64,000 nt of DNA from Ancylonema sp. (lineage: Eukaryota). A program made the translations under genes and the position numbers. Of this stretch, positions 13,984 to 26,000 are shown piece by piece. Position 1 is the first letter of the stretch. Each line of letters begins with the position of its first letter. The notes below the pieces were generated by a model. The model saw nothing but the letters and a program-made list of their open reading frames with translations. It did no database searches and was not told the origin of the DNA. Where the stretch lies: the NCBI GenBank assembly GCA_050230475.1, contig JBFLGF010000059.1, positions 1 through 64,000 of the forward strand. The letters are read 5' to 3'.

Positions 13984-15295
13984 TAGAATATCGAGAAACC
14001 CGTTTTATTTTTCCACACTATATTTCTCGCGGCCTAATTAGTCCTTAAAAATATATTATTAGGGCCTAACATTCTTAGACCTAAATATTGGCGCTATTAA
14101 TTTTTAATTTATGAGGGGCACGTTTTTCCGGCCTATTATTAAACCTAACTTACAAATATTAATAACTAATAGTTAGGGGCTGCATTTTTAACCTTCCCCA
14201 TCCCTAGTCCAAATTACCCAAAAATGTGCCATGAGCGCAGCTCATGAGCGTGAGCGTATTAGCGTGAGCGCACTGGAGGCTCCAGTGCGAATTTTACATT
14301 AATGTATTTTTTTACATTACGTAATACGTCAATGACCGTTTTTTACGGTAATCTTAGCGTAATCTTACAAATTACATCGATGTGCTCAATTACGTAATAC
14401 ATGGCCAAAATGGCGAATACACGTAATATGTAAGGGTGCTCGAAAAAAATAAAAAGAAAAATAAAAGTGTTTGGAAAGTTTTTTTTATATCTTTTTAACC
14501 CTTGGTTGTAGATTGTGTAATTTTTTTCCAATATTAAAACTATGTAGTTTGCATATTATTTGTCCACATGGACGGAGTTCTCGATGTTATAACCTAGATG
14601 AGTACCAAAACAACATACCTTCACTTCCCTTCGAAAGCGGTACACCATATTTTTCCTTTCCACCCATGTTTTAGTGCATCATACCCCTCAAGTCCAATAT
14701 TCCGTTTCTTCCTCAACCTACTTCTAGTGCTAGGTTGTGGCCTTTTCTCCTTCACAAAATGCAATGTCAACTTTGCATTTTGTAGCAACATGTCATAACC
14801 TATTATCAACTTGCATTACAAACCCAATATAAGGGGGGGAGCGCGGGGGGGGAGGGAGATTTATATTTAAAAAAAAAAAAAAAAAAAAACTTCTGGCGTG
14901 CAGGAAGTGTCCCAAATTTGCCAAGTGTATTTTTTACTCAGGTCTCTTTCCAAGAGACCTAAGTTTCATCACTTGCTTTCGGATGGTTGAAATAATCTAA
15001 CATGGACCGTACTTCTGTACGATTCTGTCCACGTCAGGTCGCTCCGGGGTCTGTGATAAGCTGATTCTTCCGGGTTTGACGATTTTTATATTTTTTAAAG
15101 TTTGGATAACATGTCACCGCTGACATGTCGTGCTGTGATTGGCTTATTTTCGCGTTTTTTTTTTAAAAAAATGCGTAAAAGTGCGTGAGTTTTTTTTTTT
15201 TTTAGGATTTGGGAGGTTGGTGTGAGTGGGGGGGCACCACTTGCTCCACCTAGTCAAGAAAGTTCGCGTTCGTTTCAGGTATTTCCTGTGTGTTA

Positions 15296-15759
15296 GGGCA
15301 TCCGCTACCGCTGCCAGTGCCAATGTCAATTCGCGAGGTTAACCGCCAGAGTTTACACGTGATGTCAATTTCTGGCGCGTGCGGTAAAATTGTATTTTCC
15401 CGCTGGCATTTGGCAAGCACTACCGTGGTGACAAAATTTTGAATTTCAACGAATAAGAGAGGCCCGCGATCTGAGATGCGACGAAACGGGACCCCTCGGA
15501 AGCCGAAGGGTCGCAACAACGATCGAAGCGAGAGTGCGTGGCAGTTTCTGAGTGGCGGTCAATATCTGGCCAGTGTCAATTTGCGTGACAGTTTGGGCCC
15601 CGATCTTGTCACGCGAATTGGCATTGTCACGCGGCGCAAGTCCTGATGACAAATCATTTGTCGGTGGATCTGACATTGGCAGGCGGTAGTGCTTGCCAAA
15701 TGACAATTCTGGGGCCCGGTTCGTGGCGCTAATCGAATTGGCAGCAGTAGCGGATGCCC
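15296..15759. mobile_element. PIF/Harbinger (Tourist-like) MITE
   Basis: TIR GGGCATCCGCTACCGCTGCCA / TGGCAGCAGTAGCGGATGCCC; TTA TSD on both sides. Confidence 0.88.
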
Positions 15760-16225
15760 TTAGGCCCCCTACTACAACCCTTCCTGTTTTCTAATATTCT
15801 AAATGTACCCTCATCCCTTGTGGGATGTGCGATTATGTGCTGGAAGGAGAATGGAGGGCGATCAGAACCACTTCCCCCATTTTCTTTCCAACACATAGTA
15901 CAGATTTATTATCACTTATGTGAGCCAGCGAGCGCTTTAGATGAAGCTTTTAAAGCATTTGAAAGAAAAAATGAAATTTAAAAATATGGTTTTTATTCTA
16001 TTATTTTACATTTTCGTTTACATTTACGTATATATTCTATACACAAGTTCTTTTGGGCTGGCTAGCTGGCTGGTTGGCTTGCTGTCTGGCTGGTTTGGTC
16101 ATCTGCAATTTTCCGCAATCTGCATAATCAGACAGCTCAAAACAGCTAGGCATAACAACAGTCCCAAAGAGTGCGCGCTAGACGAGAGAACGTTCGAGCG
16201 TGAGAGCGCAAGGCAGAGAGCGAGA

Positions 16226-16360
16226 GGGCTGGCTGGCTGGCTGGCTGGTTGGCAGGCTGGCTGGCTCGGTAGCTGGCTGGTCGATTGGCTGGCTGGTCGA
16301 TTGGCTGGCTGGCGCTGGTCGATTGGCTGGCTGGCTGGCTGGCTGGCTGGCGGGCTGGTT
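16226..16360. repeat. Imperfect (GGCT)n microsatellite
   Basis: ggctggctggct... read directly; shorter runs near 16056 and 16637. Confidence 0.9.
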
Positions 16361-17354
16361 GCATTCGCAAGTCGCAAACTCTTCTCCCCTCGCTCTGCAG
16401 TCAGAGAGCGAGTCATACTCAGTCAGCGAGCGAATCTACGACTCAGTCATCGATTCTAAGTGGCCTGGCATACTAGCACCGGAAATCAATTTTCGCAGAA
16501 ATCCAATCACAGATGTAGGATGCAAGAATCGCAGTACAAAGCGTGATTTCTGTGAGAAATCGAGAGCGTGAGTGCGAGGCAGAGATTGGGTTGATGAAGG
16601 AGGGAGAGAGAGAGAGAGAGACAGAGAAGTGTGATCGCTGGCTGGCTGGCGGAGAAGTAGGCAGGCTGGCTCATGACGGTCGGCTTCCTTTTGGCCGCAG
16701 TCGAAAATTGTAGTCGCAGTCGCAGCTCATAATTTGAAGTCGCAATGATTGATTTTCGTTTGAATTACTGTATTATTGCATTAAAACGTACTGCGATACT
16801 TGGTAGCTATCAGCTGCAGTCGAGACAAAATGGCGACATTGACCGACAGAATTGACGGCGTCTACCGCTAACGGCCGACGCCGCACGTCCGCCGACCGGT
16901 AGTAATTTACAGCACGTTAAACCTGGCGACAGGACACAGGGCACAGGGCACAGGTACCCTATCTTAAAAATCTAAATAAATCAAACCTTAAGACCTAAAT
17001 TTGACGGTCAAGACCGGATCTTGTTACATATTAATCGTCATGACTGTAAGTAAGTAATTACCTCAATTCCGATTTTCATGTAAGGCCATCGTCAAATTTT
17101 TGTAAAATGACGATATTGTGGTGATTCGTAAATTACGGCTGTATTACTTACGCCAAAACCCTGATTTCGTCCTATTTGCTCTCCAGTCTGGAGCGCAGAT
17201 CATTTCAGCGGAGCTGCGCTCATGCGCTCATTTAGCACTCATTCGCTCATTTTGCGCTCATTGGGCTCAGGGCTCAAACCCAAGTCGGATCGGAAAGCCA
17301 GCTGGCCGCGGAATAGAGTGGGGGTAACCCTGCAATTGTTTTCAGAGTCGTAAC

Positions 17355-17828
17355 CATAGATGGGTCAGCACCGTGCGCAAAAACACATTTCATGAATTTG
17401 GAAACATCCCGGCACCCCTGGGGTGTAGGAAATACACCCCCCCCCCCCGGGTAATAATAATGCAATTTTAACGCTTATGGGTCAGCACCGTGCGCGAGAT
17501 TTGCGCACGCGTGCGGCACGCGTGCGGAACACGTGTGGGACGCGCACTTCAAAGACCCATCTATGGTGAGTACTGACAATTTTTCACTGTAAGTAGTTTG
17601 ATATAACGTCTTAGGCCCTAAATTGAATACTGCCACGTTGTAACCGGTTCACCAAACACATGTCATGAATTTGGAAACATCCCTGGCACCCCGGGGGTGT
17701 AGGAAGTACCGCCCCCCCCCCCGGGTAATAATAATATAATTTTAACGCCTATGGGTCAGAACCGTGCGCGAGATTTGCGCACGCGTGCGGAACACGTGCG
17801 GGACGCGCAGTTCAAAGACCCATCTATG
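17355..17828. mobile_element. Nested hAT-type MITE with an internal duplication
   Basis: TIR CATAGATGGGTC / GACCCATCTATG; perfect 8-bp TSD GTCGTAAC; ~17385-17566 repeated at ~17657-17828. Confidence 0.88.
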
Positions 17829-18161
17829 GTCGTAACCCTGAAATAACCCATTTTAACCCTGATTAACCCTTTTAACCCTGAAAAACCCTGATTAATTCTG
17901 ATTGACCCTAATTAACCCTAAATATCCTGAATAATCCCGATAACCCTGCTTAACCCTGATTAACCCTAGGGTTATTAACCCTGAAAAAACATGTCAAAAC
18001 TAATATGACGGAACCGAACCAAAAAAAATTCGTACAGGTCATTAATTCAAACAGGTTATGCATTTGGACAGGTTATTAATTCACCCGAAGTCGGGCGCAA
18101 GATCGGGTGGAAGATTTTTTATACATTTAGACAGGGTATTAATTGGCGCAATATAATTATG

Positions 18162-18952
18162 GGAACGCGTATCCGCACCTACTTTTCCTTATCCGCACCC
18201 AGTCGGCCAGTCGCGTACCGGCTGGTGATTTGGCCGTTTGAAACTTGCCGTCGAGTTACCCGGTACTACACGTGAAATCAATGCTGACGTTAATCTTGGT
18301 ATTATCTCGGTTTATCGTGGCATAATCGACGCTGTACGTGAACCAGCGTCACTCGGTCCACGGCCTTTCCCGATTCGATTTCTTTACTACAATCCTTGGC
18401 TGCCACGATTTATCCGCATCGAGTGCATACCCAACCTTTCTGTAAAAATTTACGATGGAAGTGTTGCTCTGACAATATTCTGCGTATTCGAGAAAGAAAA
18501 AATAAAAAATGATTTTAATGCTTCCTGTTATGCTGTTTGCGCGCGCTTTCTTGCCATATTATTATTTCGTATACCGTGCTATATTCTGATGTCAGAATTA
18601 TTTGTCGTAAATGAATTTCAAGAGAAGTTGAAACCAGGATTACACGGCGTGTCTCCAAATTCAATTTGGTTGAAAAATCGCTCATATCGGATAAAGTGAA
18701 GGGCTGCGGATGACAATAGCCCGAAGTGAAAGGTTTGCTGGCAGCGTCGGGGTGCACTTGAGGCTGAATTGAGTGGAAAGGGAGGCTACCAGACCTCATG
18801 CTTCGTTTCGCTGATGTGGCAATTGTTACACGTGTGCAGTCCGGATTATCTAATTATTTTTGACGGCAGGTTTCAAACGGCCAAATCACCAGCCGGTACG
18901 CGACTGGCCGACTGGGCGCGGATAAGGAAAAGTGAGTGCGGATACGCGTTCC
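18162..18952. mobile_element. Nested long-TIR (Mutator-like/foldback) element
   Basis: ~90-bp inverted arms GGAACGCGTATCCGCAC...CTTGCCGTC and GACGGCAGG...GTGCGGATACGCGTTCC; similar AATTAT flanks. Confidence 0.8.
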
Positions 18953-19020
18953 AATTATAGTCAGGTTTACCCGGAAGTACCCGTCCCGCCGGCGGCGGCG
19001 GCAAAATTAGCCCTTCAATA

Positions 19021-19573
19021 CAGTGCAGTCTCGATATAGTGACAATTTTATAGACATAGGGATTTAATGTCACTATATCGAATGCTAGGGCTGTCACTAT
19101 ACACTGTATAGTGACATTATATAGGGCGACAACAGGCGAATGTCACTATATCGTGAAAACGTGAGATTCAGGTCGATATTTTTAACGGAGGTGGCTCATC
19201 TATACGGCTTTTGTTATAACATCCTCTCGCTATAATAAAAGCTATCTACATGACTAATGTTGGAACCATTTTAAAAAAACTAAATTAGACTTGTTATTAA
19301 TTTACGTGTCAGATTAAGTAAAATCAATTCGGGTGAAATATTATGCATTAAAATAGACAGGTTATTAATTTCCACAGTATAAATTCAGACGGGTTTTACC
19401 GTATAGTGACATCGCAATACAAAAAGCTGGGATTTTTGGTCACTATATGTGTCACTATAGCGATTGTCACTATATAGAGTAGGTTTTTATATAGGATTAG
19501 AAAAAGGGCAATAAAAATGTCACTATATCGCGATTGTCACTGTACAGTGTGTGACTATATCAAGACTGCAGTG
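19021..19573. mobile_element. Nested Tc1/mariner (pogo-like) MITE
   Basis: TIR CAGTGCAGTCTCGATATAG / CTATATCAAGACTGCAGTG; TA TSD; GTCACTATA subterminal repeats. Confidence 0.85.
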
Positions 19574-21192
19574 TAACCCTGATGAACCCATTTTAACCCT
19601 GATTAACCCTGATTAACCCTGATTAACCCTGATTAATCCTGATAACCCTAGGGTTATCGGGTTAAATTAGGGTTAACCAGTAACCTCGAGGTTTTAACCC
19701 TCTTTTGGGGAGGAGGGTTAAATCAGGCTATTAACCTCGAGATTAAGGGTTAAGGGTTATCAGGGTTAAGGGTTAACCCCCACTCTACCGCGGAAGTGAT
19801 AAGTTAATGGAAATCAGCGAGCGCATGATCATGAGCGCATGAGCGCATGATCGAAGGCATGATCCCCTTGAAGTATTCAGCAAGTAATTCACCAAAATGA
19901 ACGGACATTCTGCCCGGATACCCTTTTTTATGCGCATATTTGTGTTCATGCGCTCAAGCGCTCATTATGTGCTCTCAAAAGCTCATGCGCTCATTATGCG
20001 CTCTAATACGCTCATGAGCGTGATCTTGCGCTCATTATGCTCGGAGCGCTGAGCCCAAAGGCTGCCAATGCGCTCGCCGATCCCTGGCGCTTCGGGCACG
20101 TCCGGTATTACTTCCAGTATCACTTGCTATTGTGGAGTTGGTATTTGTGTATAATAATGTGTACTCTCAATTTAAGTTATTCAAATACAAAGTATTTAAT
20201 ACAATTCATACAAATCAGGGATTGAGGCAACCGAAAATAGCAAGAGAAGCAGTAAGTTCCGTTGTTAGCACCATCGTGTGGTCCCAACAGATGACAAAAT
20301 AAATTCCTACAAAAAACATTAGTACATGTCTCATATGAAATTTGCATTGTGATGATTCTAATATACAAGCTCGAGTGCTTGGGGCCAAGGCGAGGGCCAG
20401 GGGGAGGGTGGTGCGGCAGGTCCAAGCCTCCACCGTCGAGGGCACGCGAAGGTTCTCTTGATCGTTCAAATTCATCTTTTTCGGCCACCTCCTTTCCCTA
20501 TTCGCAGATTCCCGATCGATGCAATTTATGCATACCCGAGTCCCCCCTCTGTGTTCAGCCAAGGTCTTACATTGGATGCATTCATCGCAAGCCCTCCCCA
20601 ACTCCTGGGATTTACCACCCCCCACCCTCCCACAGGTGTGTAATGTTAGGTAAACCGCACCTTCCATGCCCCTCCATGCTACCACCGCTTCCATTTTCCG
20701 TACCTGCATTAAGTCCAAACCGCCCTCTCTGATTGAGTCCATCCTCTCCACCATCACTTTCGCCCTCCTCCTCTAACTAGTCTCATAAACCTGATCCAGG
20801 CACTCATAACATGACAAATTCTTCCCCTTGTATTCACTCGAATCTTGGGTTCCACCAAACCCCCCTCCCACACACGTGTGTAATGTCGGGTAGACCGCAC
20901 CCAACATGCTGCCCCCACTCCCAATTCCCTTACATGGAGTTGGTCCGAACCACCTACTCCGACTCACTCAATCCTCTCCGCCATCACGTTCTCCATCTTC
21001 ATCTTCACATTCTCACAATCCCAATCCACGGAGTCATTAGACATCGAGTTCTTGCGCCTCTACTCATTCAAGGTCTTCCATTCATTGTATTTACTACATG
21101 TCCTCCCTAACGCCTAAAATCCCCTCCTCACCCCCCACCCCCCCCACAAGTGTGTATTGTTAGGTAAGTTGCACCCTCCATGCTACCCGCGC

Positions 21193-22207
21193 TGTTATGC
21201 CTGTATAAATCGTCATCCAAAAACCCCTCTAATTTAATTAGAATATTAAAATAGCCGCACTGCTATGTTTTTCCGCCTTGTCACGACTCCGCCCCCGCTC
21301 ATTTCATTCTGAGCTTCGTCGTTGACCGGTGCCCCTTTTATTGAGTTTTGAGTAGTCAACCTTTGACTAGCTCCCCTTTATATTTGAATTGATTAGACTA
21401 CGTGTCAGACTTGTCATCTGTATCAATCGTGACCGTAGCTCTTTAGATCAACCGTTCAGAAACAATTAGACATGTCTGTAGCCAATGATAGCGTGCGCGC
21501 CGAGTTGATTTATATATTCCTTGCCACGCGTAATCCAGCGAGCGCGCGAGTAGAATATTTGAGTTTGACAATAAAGACTCCTGTACAATTCTCAAATCTC
21601 AGCTTTCGCTTAATTTGACGTTGAAGAGATTTTTCCTTGCACACCATTTTTTTCCTCGACACTCTGAATTCTTTGCCTCTCGCAATCTTGCGATCTGTGA
21701 TCTTTTGATTTCGTAACATCGTGTATATCGAGCGTTCGCTGAGTTGTAATTACTTTGCATCAAGCTATCGCTTTGCAATTTGTGAATTACCCTCGTTACC
21801 GAAGTTATCGATTGTCTGACTTGCTCCGGAGTCAGAAATCATCCGTTTGAATTACCGAGCGTTCGCTCATCCGTGCAATCCATTCGCACATCTATTTTGC
21901 TGTCATTGACAAGTTTTGCAAAATTGTATCACAATCGTTTGCTTGCTGATCAAGAATCGACGCATCTGTTGCTGTAAACTTGTGTCGCTCTCGTTACTGT
22001 TAAGCCGTCAAGTAAGAGCAGCGTGTGATAGCTTGCTAGCAGTGAGTGGTACAGCGAATAAAGCTCGAAAACTGCCTCATTTTATGATTGTTTACAATCA
22101 GTGCCGCGAGCATCGTATTATCAAATTTAGCGAAAGGGTCTCTGACCACCAACTACGTGACTTCGACGGCTTTCACTTTAAGAAAGGTACGTGAAAAGTG
22201 CATAACT
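21193..22207 (+). repeat. Putative 5' LTR
   Basis: Terminal inverted TGTTATGC...GCATAAC; abrupt junction into a host repeat at 21192; similar to 12170-13350. Confidence 0.6.
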
Positions 22208-23092
22208 TTTTGTCCCTACCTCTTTGCGTCGGCATAGAAGCATATCCATGCATCTAGGAGTAGTTGGAATTGATATTTGTACGATTTACGTGGTTTCTCT
22301 GTGAAATTTTGTGAAATTACTGTGAAATTTTCGTGCTAAATAATCGTTGTGAAAGCTATTTCGTGAAATTGTGAAATTGCTAGCATCTCTGTGATGTGGA
22401 TTCTTGCAATCTTTGATTTGGCTACAATTCGTTACCGGTTGTTACTAAATTTACCGCTTTGTGACTAAGAGAACCACGAATATACTTCATAGAGTTAGTT
22501 CCTAAACCTGGATCACGCATACCCAGCATGTCACACTAGCAAGGGAGGGTCAATTTCTTGCAAGTTCATTCTGTTTTCTCTGACACTTTACGAATCCGAT
22601 AAGAAAAATTACATATACCCTGCCCAAAATTTTACCTTGCGACCTCACGGTCCTCACAGACCCGATTCGAATTTACTTGACCGAGCTCAATTCATTCGGT
22701 ATTTACCATTTTTTTACATAGAGTTCTACCCAGATATTACTGTATCGTACTCTCGATTTCAAACTATTGACAATGTACTTAGTTTTTTGACCAAAATTGT
22801 ACTTGCAAATACCGGAACTATACGAATATTATACGAAGTTACAACACATCCTCAAGTTTTTGTTTTCCTTTATTATCTCTACCAGTACAAGTTGCTTCCA
22901 CAGACATTCTTTTGCTGCTAAACGCACTGAGAATTGCTCACCCTGAACAATTGCACGCCTGAGAAGTATCGACAGACACTACTTAACCGGAAATATACGA
23001 TTAAAAAAAAACACCACCGTGCAGAATTGTTACTTTCCAAGTATTACCACGATTTCGACAAGTAATATATACTCCGTGGTCCTTCAAAGTTT

Positions 23093-26000
23093 ATGCCGTG
23101 GAAACGTATCAACGGAAGATTAACGAAAAGTGTCAATCTGGAGGATTTACAGCAAAAGGGACTCGCAGTAGACATCCCTCCTGGACCGTTTACTTTACCT
23201 ACTTTTTTGTTTGACAACATATATTCTGAAACCAATAGTATAACGTTAACCAGACAGTTGTCTCAACCTAATTACTACAAAAGTTCATCTGGAAAAACAC
23301 AACGTGAATTACCAACAAAAAAATCAACCCCAGACATTACAGTTCCAGTACCGCGAAATCAAAACAGCGCACCACCGACTGTATTTGATTCCCGTGATTA
23401 TCGACACAATAACTATCCATCTAGAAGATTATTTGGATCAGCACCTATTACTAGGGCAACTAGCCCATCCTTAGGATCAAGTTCAAATAATCCTAGAAGT
23501 CCAAAACTCACTCCAAACATAGAAATACCTACACCAATACAGCCACCGACTCCACCGTCACCAACTCAACCGTCACAACCTCCGCCAACACCACAGCAAA
23601 CCTTACCGACATATCAAAGAAATAATATAAATTGGGGAGATAATATGGCATCATTACCGCCAATCACATCGTATCACGGAGCATTGGGCACTACTCAGGA
23701 TGAATTCATTAAATCATTACTAAGTCATCACGATATCCTTAAACGGGAGAAATGGACTGGCTATGTAGAGATGGATTTAGTTCGAAACCTAAGAGCTTAT
23801 TGTAAATGAGAAGCTCAACGATATTGGCAAAGTTTTATGACACACTATGAAGGAGACGCCAACACAAGAGATTTACGAGAAATGTGGCGAGATTACTATA
23901 TCGATAAATATTACTACCGATTTCATAATAGAGGCGATGGTATGACTGAACCACAGCCACCGAATCAACCAAAACCACACGAGTTACAGGCATTCATCGA
24001 TGCAATTAAAACAAGATTCCGTACTTCATCTGCAGAATATTTGATTAAAGTGGACAATATGGTTTGTTCACCAACGGATACAGTCTTAGTGATTTACGCC
24101 AAGTTTAATGATGCAGCTTCAGTGAGTGAAGGTTCAAATGCAATGACTTCCGAAGAGCTTGCACTTCGTTTACTTCAACTGATTCCGTTACCGACACAAT
24201 ATCATATTAAGAACTGGTATTTTGACACCAACAAGCAACGATTCTCCGCAAATCCACGAGAAGCACCATTAACACGAAAAATAACCATGACAGAAGCCAA
24301 TGAAAGTGAATTATATATGGCAAAACAAGAAGCTGACATGAGAGCTGCGGGTGGAGCAAGAAATACATCCAACTCTTATGTACCGAAATCGACATTTTTT
24401 TACCAAAAGGCTTATACACTGAGTACTTCAACGTACAGACAGTCGGATCGACAAAACGACCGAACTCAAGACAGACCTACGGATCGACCAAATACCAACG
24501 GCGAACTTCCACCTCCAACATGTTACAATTGCAACCAAGTCGGACACTACAAGAAGGAATTCAATTTACCGATGAAATCTGCAGCACCTACCGGACCTCC
24601 GCAACCTTACCGACCTTCGACTCAACAATCTACTGGTCAACAAACTCAAGAAAATTACAAACGAGACTCTTATGGACAACAACGCATGAATCAAGTCCCC
24701 AAACCTCGCCAATATGGACTAGAAGCTTACACGAAAGGAGCAACATGCACTAATTGTGGAAAAATGAACCACGTAGCGCAACAATGTCAACGTCCACGTA
24801 ACGGTCAACACTTGACGTTACCCGTTCCTCCAACTTCATTGGATCTACCCGCAGGACCCGAAGTGCAACGAATCACTTGGAAGGACCAGCAACAAGTTGA
24901 TCCAAGCCTCACATTCATGGAGAAAGAACCTGCGAGCAGCACTGAAGAACTAATGCCAGAATCTACAAAAGAAGACCTCGCCGATATAACATATGTGCAA
25001 TTTCTTAACGAGGAGGTTCAATTTCTTAAAAAAGGATGGCAGGAAGAAGTCAAGGTAATCATACCACAGGAGAATGCGCTTACCCCGAGGCGATCCCCGA
25101 GAGTTACTCAATTTAAATTTCGCCGACAAGCATCGAGTTTACCAGAATCCTCTACATTGCTACCTAGACCAACGTTAACATCACCCCCACCGGAACGTGA
25201 AATAAAAACATCGGAAGAAGAAATAAGTACCAATCATCATGTCACTCGTAATGATGTATACCCTCCAAAACATGAAGATACAGGACGTTTTGATGTAGAA
25301 GGCCCACACTATGGACGACGACGTGGATATAGCGTTAAAATGCCGGAAACATGGATTCCTGAATTTTCTAACAATATTACACCAGGCACATTTAACTTGG
25401 ATGAACCAACGTTCACTGAACCGCCACCACCATTACCCCTTCCTCACGCACATGCGGTTACCGATCATCTCAACATGATGCAAATTGAGCTCCAAAAACT
25501 CGTCATCGACCAAAGCAAGGCCATAGCCATGGCACACGACCTCGTCCGAAGGCTGGAGAACCCCTCTCTTCAGCTATCGGCAATACTCAAGGCCGCGAAG
25601 GAAACCCCGGCGGAGAACACCTACAAGCCTCCACACACGAGAAAGAAAAGTGAGCTTACCATGGATACTTATCAAATAAAAACAATTGATAATAACACTA
25701 GAATTTGTCACATCAATGGACGCACACCACTGAAACCTATCATTGATTCGGGAGCACAAAATACAATGATTGGCATTAATTACCGAAAAACTCTCAACAT
25801 TACCGACGACGATTTACGCCCTGGTTCGCAATACACTACGGCATCAAGCGACATTAAATCGAGCATGGGCAGCACCAAAGATAAATTCCCCATTATATTG
25901 GGAGCGGGCACAGCAAATCCGACAACGGTGTGGATGGAACTGCACCTTTCCCCATCCAAAGATATCAATTTACTTCTGGGCACTATTTTTATCGCCACAC

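Larger units (their letters stand above)
17314..19787. mobile_element. Non-autonomous hAT element with telomere-like TAACCCTGAT subterminal arrays; hosts three nested elements
   Basis: TIR TAGAGTGGGGGTAACCC / GGGTTAACCCCCACTCTA; perfect 8-bp TSD CCGCGGAA. Confidence 0.9.

Noticed and set aside
15941..16571. LAGW/PASQ-repeat ORFs
   Set aside because: Translations of a (GGCT)n microsatellite
17833..19780. Interstitial telomere or chromosome-fusion scar
   Set aside because: The repeats are bounded by TIRs and an 8-bp TSD, so they belong to a hAT element
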